A DNA stretch of 23,910 bases from Promethearchaeota archaeon (GCA_013375475.1 JABXKD010000058.1:1-23910), one strand, 5' to 3'; positions 1-10,023 are shown, counted from the first letter of the stretch. The notes: generated from the sequence alone by a model not told the origin. Translations and numbers: made by a program.

Positions 1-27
1 ATTAAAGAATATGTAAAATTAAAAAAA

Positions 28-327
28 TTAATTAAAGGTTTGTACAAATAAAGTCGATTCGTTGACAAGATCTACATTATGGTCACCTTTACCTATTACT
101 GACACCGTGTGAGTACCAGCAGCCATTGTTGAATTATAATGTTGCATTGCTACAGAGATTCGTATTCCAAAAGCACTTGGCCCGGGAACGTTATACCTCC
201 AAACACGACGGACAGGATCGGTCCAAATAATGCCATCCACTTTGAATCGAAACTCAATATATGTATTTGGGATTGAACTGTCATCAAATGTGACGAGTGC
301 CTCAAAATTTTTGTAAAAAATTACATA
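28..327 (-). pseudogene. Probable 5'-truncated gene remnant (beta-rich C-terminal domain of a surface/secreted-type protein)
   Basis: The 70-aa ORF frame stays open upstream of its GTG (240) to a TAA at 328-330, reading YVIFYKNFEALVTFDDSSIPNTYIEFRFKVDGIIWTDP...HYNSTMAAGTHTVSV. The sequence is protein-like, but the extension has no ATG/GTG/TTG. Confidence 0.45.
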
Positions 328-396
328 TTATTCTATCATACTTATGAGAGCTCAAAAAATATTTAACTTTTAATGCATTTATTTTAATGATAGTTT

Positions 397-1872
397 ATGG
401 CTAAAAAGAAAAAGGAAGCTCCCTTAACCGGAATAACGGTTTCAAAAGAAGAGGATTTTTCTGGGTGGTATACGGAGCTAATCAACAAGGCAGAGTTAGC
501 AGATATTAGATATAACATTAAGGGTTTTGTAGTTTACCGAGAATGGGCGACCATCACAATTAGAAAAATGTATAGAAAAACCGAAGATCTATTAGAGAAA
601 AAAGGTCATCTCCCACTTACGATGCCTTCTCTCATCCCTGAATCGAATTTCTTGTTAGAAGCGGATCACGTTGAGGGTTTTGCTCCAGAAGTATTTTGGG
701 TTACCGAAGCTGGTAGTTCTGGCAAGTTAGCAGAAAGGTTGGCATTACGACCAACTAGCGAAACTGCGTTATATAAAATGTATTCAATGTGGTTGAGAAG
801 TTATAAGGATTTACCTTTTAAAAGATATCTTTCGTGCCAAGTCTGGAGATATGAGGGAAAAATGACAAGACCATTCTTTAGAGGTAGAGAATTTCATTGG
901 ATCGAATCACATAATGTTTTTGCTACAATGGAAGGAGCAATGGAACAGGTTAAAGAAGATATGGAAACCACTTATCAGATTCTTCAGGATGAGTGTTGTA
1001 TCCCTTTAATCTTTTTTCAAAGGCCCGAATGGGATAAATTTGCGGGGGCGGTTCATACATACGCTGCCGATGCGTTAATGGGATCTGGAAAAGTTCTGCA
1101 GTTACCCTCAACTCATTTGTTAGGACAGAATTTCTCAAAACCATTTAACGTAAAATTTGTAGATACAGATGGAGAAGAGAAATATGGTTATCAGACTTGT
1201 TACGGTCCTTCTCAAAGTAGAAATTATGGAGCTATGATTGCATATCTTGGGGATGATAAGGGGTTGGTATTACCTTTTGATCTTGCTCCCGTCCAGATAA
1301 TTATTATTCCAATAATCTACAAGGGCAAAGAAGAGTTCGTTTTAAAGAAAGCAAGAGAGATAGAAAATCAACTTAAAGATAAGTATATCGTAAAGTTAGA
1401 TGATTCGGACGAATCTGCTGGAAATAAATTTTATTATTGGGAGTTAAAAGGAGTACCTCTTCGAATTGAAATAGGTCCCAAAGACATTGAAAAAAGCCAT
1501 GTAGTGATTGTTAAAAGACACGATGGTCAGAAGTTCTTTGTTCAAGAAAACGAATTAAAAGAATTCATCGATAATCTCGCGGAAAATTATACAAAAGAAA
1601 TAAAAGAGAAAAGTTTGGTTGATTTTGAGTCACAAATAGAAGTTGCCTATGAAAAAGACGCCGCAATTGAAGCTATTAATAACGGAAAAATAGTGTGTTG
1701 CGGATTTTGTTCAATAGATTTTGATGGCGAACATTGTGCCGAAATAGTTGAGAAAGACATTGGAGGATTCGTGCGTGGAAAACGAATTGACGAGGAAAAA
1801 CATGAATTTGCAACTTGCATAATTTGTAACAAACCAGCAACTTGTACGGTTTATATTGCTAAAAGTTATTAA
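397..1872 (+). CDS. proS: Proline--tRNA ligase, archaeal/eukaryote-like type
   Basis: Motifs FSGWY, LALRPTSET, RYEGKMTRPFFRGREFHWIESH, HLLGQNFSKPF and GDDKGLVLP; anticodon domain WELKGVPLRIEIGPKD; C-terminal Zn-binding Cys residues and terminal Tyr (IAKSY). Confidence 0.97.
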   Translation: MAKKKKEAPLTGITVSKEEDFSGWYTELINKAELADIRYNIKGFVVYREWATITIRKMYRKTEDLLEKKGHLPLTMPSLIPESNFLLEADHVEGFAPEVFWVTEAGSSGKLAERLALRPTSETALYKMYSMWLRSYKDLPFKRYLSCQVWRYEGKMTRPFFRGREFHWIESHNVFATMEGAMEQVKEDMETTYQILQDECCIPLIFFQRPEWDKFAGAVHTYAADALMGSGKVLQLPSTHLLGQNFSKPFNVKFVDTDGEEKYGYQTCYGPSQSRNYGAMIAYLGDDKGLVLPFDLAPVQIIIIPIIYKGKEEFVLKKAREIENQLKDKYIVKLDDSDESAGNKFYYWELKGVPLRIEIGPKDIEKSHVVIVKRHDGQKFFVQENELKEFIDNLAENYTKEIKEKSLVDFESQIEVAYEKDAAIEAINNGKIVCCGFCSIDFDGEHCAEIVEKDIGGFVRGKRIDEEKHEFATCIICNKPATCTVYIAKSY

Positions 1873-1915
1873 GATTTTAAAACAAAAATGGATGCCTTAA
1901 CGGGTAATCTTTATT

Positions 1916-2209
1916 TTATTTATCTGTATATCCAATAAATCCAGCAACTAAAATTAGTATACCTCCTGCTAAGCTACTAAATATTATTATCACTATACCT
2001 AATCCTACATACAGTAACCAATTCATTGGTACAGGATTGCCAGGTCTAATGACACTAAGTATAACAATTACAGCGAGAACGATTGAAATTACAATTAACA
2101 GCATTTTAGAGGTATCAAAATTCCTTTCGTTTAAACCTAGTAAAGTTTCAATTAATGAGATTACTCCACCAATACCCGCTAACAATCTCATTAAATCTTC
2201 TTCTCTCAT
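1916..2209 (-). CDS. Small integral membrane protein (3-4 TM), unknown function
   Basis: 97-aa ORF dominated by hydrophobic segments; SD-like AAGTGAT just upstream of the ATG. Confidence 0.8.
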   Translation of the reverse strand: MREEDLMRLLAGIGGVISLIETLLGLNERNFDTSKMLLIVISIVLAVIVILSVIRPGNPVPMNWLLYVGLGIVIIIFSSLAGGILILVAGFIGYTDK

Positions 2210-2407
2210 TTGATCACTTCAAATTTATTGTTTATAGAAAATGTTTAATTCGTGTCTAAGTGCTTTTATTAGATTTAAGGAGTTGTTTTAGTTATTTAAA
2301 ACCAATTGGAATAAAATTAATATTTTTTAACTTATTTTCTAGAGAAAGAGAGTTTTTATCTTTTTCATTATTAGTTTCGTACAAGATACTATCTGAGAAT
2401 TTGAATT

Positions 2408-3043
2408 ATGAAGCAGGAGTATAAATTATATACGTATGCAATTATAAATCACATAGTTGTAATTGGAGCTTTAATTGGATTTTTAACAGCTATCACTGCA
2501 ATAATATTATATGTATTAGCAGATCCTACATTTAGCTTTTTAACTCATTGGGTGAGTCATTTAGGTGTAGGTCCGAACGGTTCCGATGTTGTTTTTAATG
2601 GAGGTATGATATACTCTGGAATTATTAGTTGGATTTATAGCTTATTTCTGGCAGGATATTTACACAAAAAAGGAGCGTTTAAAATTTTGGTAGTTATATC
2701 GCTAGGATGCGGTATTATTTTAGGAATTGGGCTTCTGATGCTTGGAATATTTCCTTTGGAGTTAATTTTTGGGATACACAATGTTGCTGCGGGGCTCTTC
2801 TTTTATGGAGGAATGTTTAGTTGTATCGTTTATGGTATCACTGCGTATCTCACTCCAGGTATATCAAAATTACAATCTATTATTGGATTTATGATAGCAT
2901 CAATATTTTTAGCGTATATCGTAATAAATACGCTACCAATTCATGTCTCATTTAAAATGGCTGCGGAATGGTGTGTATTCTTTGCAATTCCAACTTGGAT
3001 ATTGTCTCAAGGTATCCTTGTTTTAAGATCAAACTATACATAA
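2408..3043 (+). CDS. Multi-pass membrane protein, DUF998-like
   Basis: About 6 hydrophobic helices with the pattern SFLTHWVSHLG...VFNGG...GIFP...HNVAA...EW, typical of DUF998/Frag1-like proteins. Confidence 0.7.
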   Translation: MKQEYKLYTYAIINHIVVIGALIGFLTAITAIILYVLADPTFSFLTHWVSHLGVGPNGSDVVFNGGMIYSGIISWIYSLFLAGYLHKKGAFKILVVISLGCGIILGIGLLMLGIFPLELIFGIHNVAAGLFFYGGMFSCIVYGITAYLTPGISKLQSIIGFMIASIFLAYIVINTLPIHVSFKMAAEWCVFFAIPTWILSQGILVLRSNYT

Positions 3044-3076
3044 CTTAAAGAATCTAAAAATTGATGAGAGTTTATC

Positions 3077-3982
3077 ATGGAAGATTTTATTATACCTTTA
3101 TCATCTGAATTTGACGGTATTTATTTTATAGAAGGATTCCAACATGCTAGATATCCTTACTCGCATTCTATGTTAATCGGAGATTATTTAATAGATACGG
3201 GGATTTCTCATAAACGATTAAAGACCCTAAAAAAGCGCTTCCCTATCAATAACGTTTTATTCACCCATTGGCACGAGGATCATATTTCTGGAAATTATTT
3301 ATTAAAAGATGCCAAGTTCTATTGTCATTTAAAGGATAGAATACCTATTGAAAATGTCGATGAAATGATACGTCTCTATAATGTTAAAAATACACCAGTT
3401 GAAGATGAATTAAATAGTTTGATTAAACTGTTAAGGATGCAGAACATTAAAGTAGACGCATTGATTGAAGACAATGATATTTTTAATATTAATGATCAGT
3501 TGAAATTAAAAGTACTTTTTACTCCTGGACATACCGCGGGACATTGTGCATATTATGAACAGAATTCTAAAATAGCTTTTCTTGGGGACATCGATCTTTC
3601 AAAATATCCGTATTATGGAAATCTTGACGCTAGTTTAATTGAGTTTGAGGAATCTATAGCTAGGATTAAGAGTTTAGATATAAAAATCGTCGCTACCGGG
3701 CATAGGGGAATAATTGAAGGAAAGAAAAAAATTAACGAAGAAATTGAAAAATACATGTCAATCCTGCTAGAACGGGACGAACGAATTCTCGCGTTCTTTT
3801 CTGAACGGAGTAGGCCAATTGAATTAGATGATCTTAGAGAACATAATATCATATATCGAAAGTATACCGCGTTTAAGGATTTTGAAATTATTGCTGAGCT
3901 TCTTATGATTGAAAAACACTTAGAAAAGTTCCTGAAAGAGAGGCTAATAATAGAAAAGAAAAATGGCTATGTTCTAAATTAG
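3077..3982 (+). CDS. Metallo-beta-lactamase-fold hydrolase
   Basis: LIDTG, THWHEDH (HxHxDH), TPGHTAGH, FLGD and TGH metal-binding motifs; helical C-terminal domain. Confidence 0.92.
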   Translation: MEDFIIPLSSEFDGIYFIEGFQHARYPYSHSMLIGDYLIDTGISHKRLKTLKKRFPINNVLFTHWHEDHISGNYLLKDAKFYCHLKDRIPIENVDEMIRLYNVKNTPVEDELNSLIKLLRMQNIKVDALIEDNDIFNINDQLKLKVLFTPGHTAGHCAYYEQNSKIAFLGDIDLSKYPYYGNLDASLIEFEESIARIKSLDIKIVATGHRGIIEGKKKINEEIEKYMSILLERDERILAFFSERSRPIELDDLREHNIIYRKYTAFKDFEIIAELLMIEKHLEKFLKERLIIEKKNGYVLN

Positions 3983-4031
3983 CATTAATCATTAAATTAA
4001 TAAATTTTTTATATAACAAATTTTAATCATC

Positions 4032-5321
4032 ATGGAAAAGAAAAAGCCAATTTTGTTTGATGTATATCCTAATTTAGAAGGAAAAGTTCCTTGGTTATCA
4101 CTATTAACGGGAATCCCGTCTAAGGTTGATCGTTTGAAAGATTTAGAAAAATATTTGAATTTAAAAACTGGAGCGTTATATATCAAGCGGGATGATAAAA
4201 TTCATAATGTATATGGGGGGAATAAACTTAGAAAATTTGAATTTATTATCGGGGAAGCTTTAAAAAAAAAGAAAAAAGGTATTATAACCTTAGGGGGTAT
4301 TGGCACGAATCATGGATTAACTTGTGCAATTATAACGAAAGAGCTTGGATTAAGGTGTGAATTGTTTTTATCACTTCAACCACTCACTTGGCACGTTCAA
4401 AGAACTCTTCTATTATCCGATTATTTTGGAGCCAAATTACATTTTGCTAAAAGTTTTGAATTTGGAGTTTTCAAAAGTTTGTTGTTTCGATTATTTCATC
4501 CAAAATATTATTTAATGTCTAATGGAGGGTCGCCAATTCTAGGAGTTGGCACGCCATTAGGATCCATCGGATTTATCAACGCTATGTTTGAACTAAAAAA
4601 GCAGATGGATGAAGGATCAATACCTGTTCCGGATGTTATATTTGTTCCCGCGGGAACTAGTGGAACTGCTGCTGGTTTAACAGCAGGTTGCAAGCTTCTA
4701 GGATTAAAAATCAAAGTATATCCCGTGAAAGTTTCTATGGACATAGTGGTTAATCCGAAAAGATTAATTAAAACTGCGAATAAATCAATTAAATTTTTAA
4801 GAAAAAGAGATGATTCGATACCAGATGTAAAGGTTGGAAAGAATGACTTCCAACTGATTAAAGGTTATCTGGGATCAGGGTATGGAACAAAAACTCTTAA
4901 AGGTCAAAACGCCGTAGATTTAATTCAGGATTTAGAAGGGAAAAAATCTGGTTTCTTACTAGAAACAACATATACCGGAAAGACAATGGCAGCAATGATT
5001 GATTTTTTGGAAAAAGAAGAAAATAAATCAAAAACGGTTCTATTTTGGAACACTTACAATTCGAACGATCTCGATGAGTATCTTAGAGAAACTAAATTTG
5101 ATTATAAAAAATTACCAAAAAAATTTCACAAATATTACACTAGCAAAATTTTTCAATGTTGGCAAGTAACAGACTGTCCTGAGGAAATTAAATTTAAATG
5201 TGATGCTTATTTAAACCATGAATACAGATTTTGGAAGGTTGCAGAATGTCAATTAGATGAATCTAAAAAACAAAAGGCTATGAATTATCTAAACGAAATT
5301 AAACAGCTTGAAGATGCGTGA
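4032..5321 (+). CDS. PLP-dependent D-cysteine desulfhydrase / ACC deaminase family enzyme with Cys/Trp-rich C-terminal extension
   Basis: KRDD...GGNKLRK (PLP lysine), GGIGTNH, GTSGTAAGL, ETTYTGK and VLFWNT; extra tail of ~55 aa containing CWQVTDC...C...FWKVAEC. Confidence 0.88.
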   Translation: MEKKKPILFDVYPNLEGKVPWLSLLTGIPSKVDRLKDLEKYLNLKTGALYIKRDDKIHNVYGGNKLRKFEFIIGEALKKKKKGIITLGGIGTNHGLTCAIITKELGLRCELFLSLQPLTWHVQRTLLLSDYFGAKLHFAKSFEFGVFKSLLFRLFHPKYYLMSNGGSPILGVGTPLGSIGFINAMFELKKQMDEGSIPVPDVIFVPAGTSGTAAGLTAGCKLLGLKIKVYPVKVSMDIVVNPKRLIKTANKSIKFLRKRDDSIPDVKVGKNDFQLIKGYLGSGYGTKTLKGQNAVDLIQDLEGKKSGFLLETTYTGKTMAAMIDFLEKEENKSKTVLFWNTYNSNDLDEYLRETKFDYKKLPKKFHKYYTSKIFQCWQVTDCPEEIKFKCDAYLNHEYRFWKVAECQLDESKKQKAMNYLNEIKQLEDA

Positions 5322-5684
5322 TGCAATTACCGAAAATTAAAGCAGTCATTTTTGATCTCTTTGGAACTCTCATAGATAGCTTTAATGCCCAAGAGTATAA
5401 GCAAGTATTATCAGGAATAGCTTCCTCTCTGTCCTTACCGAAGGCTTCTTTCATCCAGATGTGGTGAGAAATAGTTTTGTTCATCAGAGTTAAAAGTAAA
5501 ACCAAAAAATTGCCTTTACATCGGTGATGGTAGTAGCCGTGAATTATCAGGAGCTCATCACATAGGTATGTTCCCTATCTTAATCAGATCTCCTCTTGAA
5601 AAAGATTCAGTTAGGTACGACGAGGAAGACTGGGACGGTCAAAGAATCAGCTCTTTAAGCGAGATTTTAACCTATTTTAATTAA
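5321..5684 (+). pseudogene. HAD-superfamily hydrolase pseudogene (internal deletion plus frame change)
   Basis: ATG at 5321 overlaps the upstream TGA and reads MQLPKIKAVIFDLFGTLIDSF...IQMW* (motif I; stop 5465-5467). A second frame reads CSSELKVKPKNCLYIGDGSSRELSGAHHIGM...ISSLSEILTYFN* (motif IV; stop 5682-5684). Motifs II/III and most of the cap are missing. Confidence 0.85.
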
Positions 5685-5708
5685 AATAGGTATTATCTAA
5701 AATCTATT

Positions 5709-7208
5709 TTAATCTCTCTTCAATTCTTCGATATGAGCAACAATTCTTTTAAGTAATTCGTACAATGTCCCAACATCGCTAATCTTTAACTTTTCACTGG
5801 GAGAATGTAAACCTTCTACTGTGGGCCCTAACGATACCATTTGAAGGCCAGATACCCTTGTACTAATCATTCCGGTCTCTAAGCCTCCATGAATAATGTT
5901 TGTTTTAACGGGCTTTTTCAGCACCAATTCATATTCTTTCTTTACATATTTTAAAAAGTTGGAATTTAGGTCCGGTAACCACTCAGGTAAAACAGGTCTT
6001 AAAAACACTCTCCAATCTCCTAATAGCCCTAATTGTTCCATTGAAACGCAAAAAGAATTCAATTCGCCTCTGATTATGCTACGGGGATATAGCCAAATAA
6101 TTTCGTTATCATTTTCAGTATTAACAATAGCAAAATTATTTGAACTTTCTACAAATCCTTCGTAAATGTGAGACATTTTAAGTACTCCATGAGGGATGAT
6201 ATTAGCAGTAGAAATCAATATGTTTGAATCCTCAACTGACAGGTAATCTTCAGGAGATGCTTTATTATGTTCAATATTGATATTCGGTTCGAATTTTTTA
6301 TAATATTGATAAATTGAAGAGATTTCTTCGTCTATCAATTCTTCAAATTTGGTGCAATTTTTCTTTTTTACTCCAAATTTAATACAAGATTTTGCTGGGA
6401 TGACATTTGATTTAGTCCCACCTTTCCATTTGCAGACATATAATTTCATTTCTTGAGATAATTTTGAAGCAATTCTACTGACTATTTTATTAGCATTCGC
6501 TCTTGGTAGGTGGATATCTTCCCCCGAATGCCCACTCAGCAATCCTTGAACAGTGAGTTCAATAAATTCTAAATTATCGCCTTCAAGATAGGTTTTCCAA
6601 TCAAATTTTTTTGAAAATCGCACTCTTCTTCCGCAAACAGAACCAACTACGATATCCCCGATAGGTCCACCATCTAAATTGATCATTAATTTACTCCTTA
6701 TGTCAAGAGCTGAAGGATCTAATAAAGTTGCTCCATCAAACCCATCCTCTTCGTTTACCGTAAGTAGAACCTCAATTGAACCGTGTTTATCTATTGATGG
6801 ATCAATTAAAATTGCTAAGGCAAAAGCAATTCCCATGCCATCGTCAGCGCCTAGTGTGGTTCCATCAGCATCCAACCACTCTTTATTTTCTTGAATTCTA
6901 AGGGGAATCCCAGAGTTCATAAAATCAAATCCTTCTGGTTTATCTGTTTCACATACCATATCCATATGAGCTTGAAGCATTAAAGAAGGGGCTAATTCTA
7001 ATCCTATTGTGGCGGGTTTTCTAATCAAAATATTCCCTACGGAATCTTGATTAATATGATAATCAACTTTATTTGATCGACCAGATTCTAAAATAAAATC
7101 TTTTATCACTTCACGGATTCTTTCTTCATGTTTGGAAGGTCTCGGAGTATTTGCAATCGTTTCAAATATTTTCCATACAATTTTAGGTTCTAAATTTTCC
7201 AACACCAT
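5709..7208 (-). CDS. pepD: Aminoacyl-histidine (Xaa-His) dipeptidase, peptidase M20C
   Basis: PRPSKHEE, LQAHMDMVCE, GTTLGADDG, TVNEEDG, GHSGEDIH, IHGGLETG and HSPSEK. Confidence 0.92.
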   Translation of the reverse strand: MVLENLEPKIVWKIFETIANTPRPSKHEERIREVIKDFILESGRSNKVDYHINQDSVGNILIRKPATIGLELAPSLMLQAHMDMVCETDKPEGFDFMNSGIPLRIQENKEWLDADGTTLGADDGMGIAFALAILIDPSIDKHGSIEVLLTVNEEDGFDGATLLDPSALDIRSKLMINLDGGPIGDIVVGSVCGRRVRFSKKFDWKTYLEGDNLEFIELTVQGLLSGHSGEDIHLPRANANKIVSRIASKLSQEMKLYVCKWKGGTKSNVIPAKSCIKFGVKKKNCTKFEELIDEEISSIYQYYKKFEPNINIEHNKASPEDYLSVEDSNILISTANIIPHGVLKMSHIYEGFVESSNNFAIVNTENDNEIIWLYPRSIIRGELNSFCVSMEQLGLLGDWRVFLRPVLPEWLPDLNSNFLKYVKKEYELVLKKPVKTNIIHGGLETGMISTRVSGLQMVSLGPTVEGLHSPSEKLKISDVGTLYELLKRIVAHIEELKRD

Positions 7209-7290
7209 AATTACTATCTTGGTCTAATGCTATTTAACCTTATAATATAGAATCGTTAAATAAACCTACATACTCTAACTGCAATAACAA

Positions 7291-8166
7291 TTATAAACTC
7301 CAGATTCTAATTTTTTTATCAGCAGCTCCCATTAACAGGGATTTACCGTCTGGAGAGAAACATAAGGAATCTACTCCTTTGGGTTTTACTTCAATTGTTT
7401 CTTGGAGCTCACCATCATTTATATTCCAGATTTGTGCTTTGTAATCAAAACCTATAACAATAATCTTCGAATCAGGTGAAATTACGTGAGGACGAGGGTA
7501 CTTAGTAGCAAATTGAACAGTTTTCAACAATTTCCAATTTTTAGGGTTCCATATTTTTAACGATTCAGATCCGATCGATATAAATAAATCTCCATTAGGT
7601 GTATAGCAGGCTCCAGAAACGACGATTTTGTGTTCGCTTACGCTTTTCAGTAGTTCCCCTGAGGGGATTTTCCAGAGATGAAAAGAATCTCCAAGACCTC
7701 CTCCTACCAAAATCTTTCCGTCCGGTGAAAACCTTACTGAAGTTACATTTCTTTCAAAAGCATTGATGGTAAAGAGCTCATTTCCATTAGCTGCATCCCA
7801 TAACTTAATTTTTCCATCATATGAGCCTGTAGCAATAAACTTAGAGTCAGGCGATATCTCTGCAGCTATGACTGTTTTTTTATGCCCTTTTAATGTATGC
7901 AGAACATCACCAGAGTCAAATTCCCATATTTTAGCAGTTGTATCAGTGGAACTAGTGGCAAATGTTAAACCCCCGGGCGCGATAGATATCGAATTCACAC
8001 TTTTAGAATGTTCTTCTAAAGTTTTAACTAGTTCAAAAGAGGGTAGTTTCCAATATTTCACTAAGTTATCCATGCCCGTAGATAATAGTATTGAACCATC
8101 TGGAGTAATTGCGAGACCTAATACATAATTTGTGTGAGCTTGGAATGTTTTTATTAATTTAAACAT
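7291..8166 (-). CDS. WD40-repeat protein (single ~7-bladed beta-propeller)
   Basis: Seven repeats of ~40-42 aa, e.g. HSKSVNSISIAPGG...SSTDTTAKIWE, GHKKTVIAAEISPDS...GSYDGKIKLWD and ADKKIRIWS. Confidence 0.95.
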   Translation of the reverse strand: MFKLIKTFQAHTNYVLGLAITPDGSILLSTGMDNLVKYWKLPSFELVKTLEEHSKSVNSISIAPGGLTFATSSTDTTAKIWEFDSGDVLHTLKGHKKTVIAAEISPDSKFIATGSYDGKIKLWDAANGNELFTINAFERNVTSVRFSPDGKILVGGGLGDSFHLWKIPSGELLKSVSEHKIVVSGACYTPNGDLFISIGSESLKIWNPKNWKLLKTVQFATKYPRPHVISPDSKIIVIGFDYKAQIWNINDGELQETIEVKPKGVDSLCFSPDGKSLLMGAADKKIRIWSL

Positions 8167-8298
8167 GATTAGATATGTGTTTTTTATTAAGAGTATTTTA
8201 TTTCATTAAAAATCGAATTAAAATTTTATATCTTTAGTTTAAGAATTATAAGTTTTAGCTAAATATCAAGAATGAAAAATTAATAAAAAAAATATAAA

Positions 8299-9837
8299 TT
8301 AACAGTCCTTTTCTAGTTTCTTTCCTTTCATTGCTTTTCGGAACTTCTCGAGTTGTTTTCGTGGAGTTACGGTTGGCCTTTCGTATCTTTTCAAACTGGA
8401 TCTAATCCCAAAGAGATATTTAGATATATTTTTCAATTTTTCAATATCGTAGCGCATCATCATCGTGATAGTTTCCATCGCAGGACTTCCTCCACCATGT
8501 AAACCTGCAACTTGAAGAAGCCCTGCAATTTCTGAAACAGCAAACGCTTCTATACCTTTAAAGCAGCGTAAAATATTTTCCGGTTTGACTCTTGGATTTC
8601 TCTGCATATATTTCATAGCAAGGGGTCCTACATCTTCAGAGAAGAACGATCCTTCAAACGGTAAAGTTGCGATCAAGCCACCAGAAATGTCTGCTAAAAT
8701 TTTATATTCTTCATATATCATCTCACCCGCAAGTCTTCTTCCAGCATTAGTCAATATTTCATCCGGAACTTGAGTCCCTGAAGGCGCTTTTTCGGAGTGC
8801 TTCGCACTGGATTCTCCAGCTGCAAATACCAGTTCTGCTGTACCTATGAGATGTGAAAGTTTATCTTGAACATGCGATGTTTTTTCAATGCCATTATATT
8901 CTGCAACTAATGCTGCGGCGCTAGCTATCACTTCTGTTACAGCCGGCTTACAACCAGTGTAACTATGGCGATGGTAATGAGCAAACATTAACGCTAAAAA
9001 GCCTGCATATGCTGTCTGTCTAGGATCTCCATGACCATTTAAAAATACTCTCTCGTTGGGAACAAAAACGTCATCAAATATTATAAATGTCTCTGCGTCT
9101 CCAAATTTAGCAGCAGGGGAATCTAAATGTTCCCCAGACCTAAAACTAGCTGGGCGAGTTAACAATTTAACACCATCCCAATCAGCAGGTAAAGCAAAAG
9201 CTACAGCATAATCTTTATCTTCTGGACCCATATACCTACAGGGAACCACAATCATCTCATCTGCATATGGTGTGTTAGTGATGTTTATTTTACATCCCCT
9301 AACAACGATGCCATCTTCTCTCGTTTCAATCACTCTTAAGTATTGATCTGGATCTACTTGCTCGTGAGGTCGCTTCAAGCGATCTCCCTTAGGATCTGTC
9401 TGAGCTGCGCTTCCTACTAAATCATTCTCTTGAAAATACTCTAAAAATTTCTTAAATCGCTCGTAATGATCGGTTCCTAAAGCTTGGTCTAACTCGTAAG
9501 TAATAACAGAAAGGGCGTTCAACGCGTCACAACCCATACAACGTTGTATACACCCACCGACTCGATGACAGAGTAATCGAGTCATTAATTGCTTTTTTAA
9601 AAGATCATCTTCGCTTTGGTGTATGTGAGTAAATCGATTGATCTTCTTTCCAGTTAAATGAGAATTTACTACGCACAAATCTTCGAATTCTTCGCTATGG
9701 GCACAATCAAATGTAACTTTTACAATATTCATTCCCCCTCGTAATCGGGGGTCGTCTCGACCAACTAATTCTTCACCAATATAGATATTTGGCTTCATTT
9801 TTAAGAGTCTATTATAATAATCTTCAAAAGTTTTCAA
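8299..9837 (-). CDS. abfD: 4-hydroxybutyryl-CoA dehydratase / vinylacetyl-CoA isomerase (AbfD family, FAD and [4Fe-4S])
   Basis: CIQRCMGCD (CxxxC) and HRHSYTGCK supply the 3Cys+1His cluster ligands; QTDPKGDR and HGGGSP motifs; TTG start with AGGAGG SD. Confidence 0.85.
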   Translation of the reverse strand: MKTFEDYYNRLLKMKPNIYIGEELVGRDDPRLRGGMNIVKVTFDCAHSEEFEDLCVVNSHLTGKKINRFTHIHQSEDDLLKKQLMTRLLCHRVGGCIQRCMGCDALNALSVITYELDQALGTDHYERFKKFLEYFQENDLVGSAAQTDPKGDRLKRPHEQVDPDQYLRVIETREDGIVVRGCKINITNTPYADEMIVVPCRYMGPEDKDYAVAFALPADWDGVKLLTRPASFRSGEHLDSPAAKFGDAETFIIFDDVFVPNERVFLNGHGDPRQTAYAGFLALMFAHYHRHSYTGCKPAVTEVIASAAALVAEYNGIEKTSHVQDKLSHLIGTAELVFAAGESSAKHSEKAPSGTQVPDEILTNAGRRLAGEMIYEEYKILADISGGLIATLPFEGSFFSEDVGPLAMKYMQRNPRVKPENILRCFKGIEAFAVSEIAGLLQVAGLHGGGSPAMETITMMMRYDIEKLKNISKYLFGIRSSLKRYERPTVTPRKQLEKFRKAMKGKKLEKDC

Positions 9838-9846
9838 TTTATTTAT

Positions 9847-9852
9847 CCTCCT
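9847..9852 (-). promoter_or_regulatory. Shine-Dalgarno AGGAGG for abfD
   Basis: cctcct on + strand (AGGAGG on -), 9 nt upstream of the TTG start at 9837. Confidence 0.75.
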
Positions 9853-10023
9853 AACTTTTTATTAATAAGTTTACTTAATTTTCCAATTAATAATTAAGAA
9901 TATTCGCAAAATTTAAAGATTATTGCTATAATTCTTTCCTAAAATCCATTTGGATTCGAGATTTAGTAGGTTATTTAGAGAGAGATAATTACTCAAATTT
10001 GCTGATACAGAAATTTAGGAGTT

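Noticed and set aside
5465-5467. TGA in the HAD gene as a selenocysteine or read-through codon
   Set aside because: In-frame continuation (EIVLFIRVKSKTKKLPLHR*) is not HAD-like; the real C-terminal part is in another frame and the middle is missing.
8299-9837. 4-hydroxyphenylacetate 3-monooxygenase (HpaB) annotation
   Set aside because: Same superfamily, but the 3Cys+His Fe-S ligands are present, which indicates the AbfD dehydratase branch.
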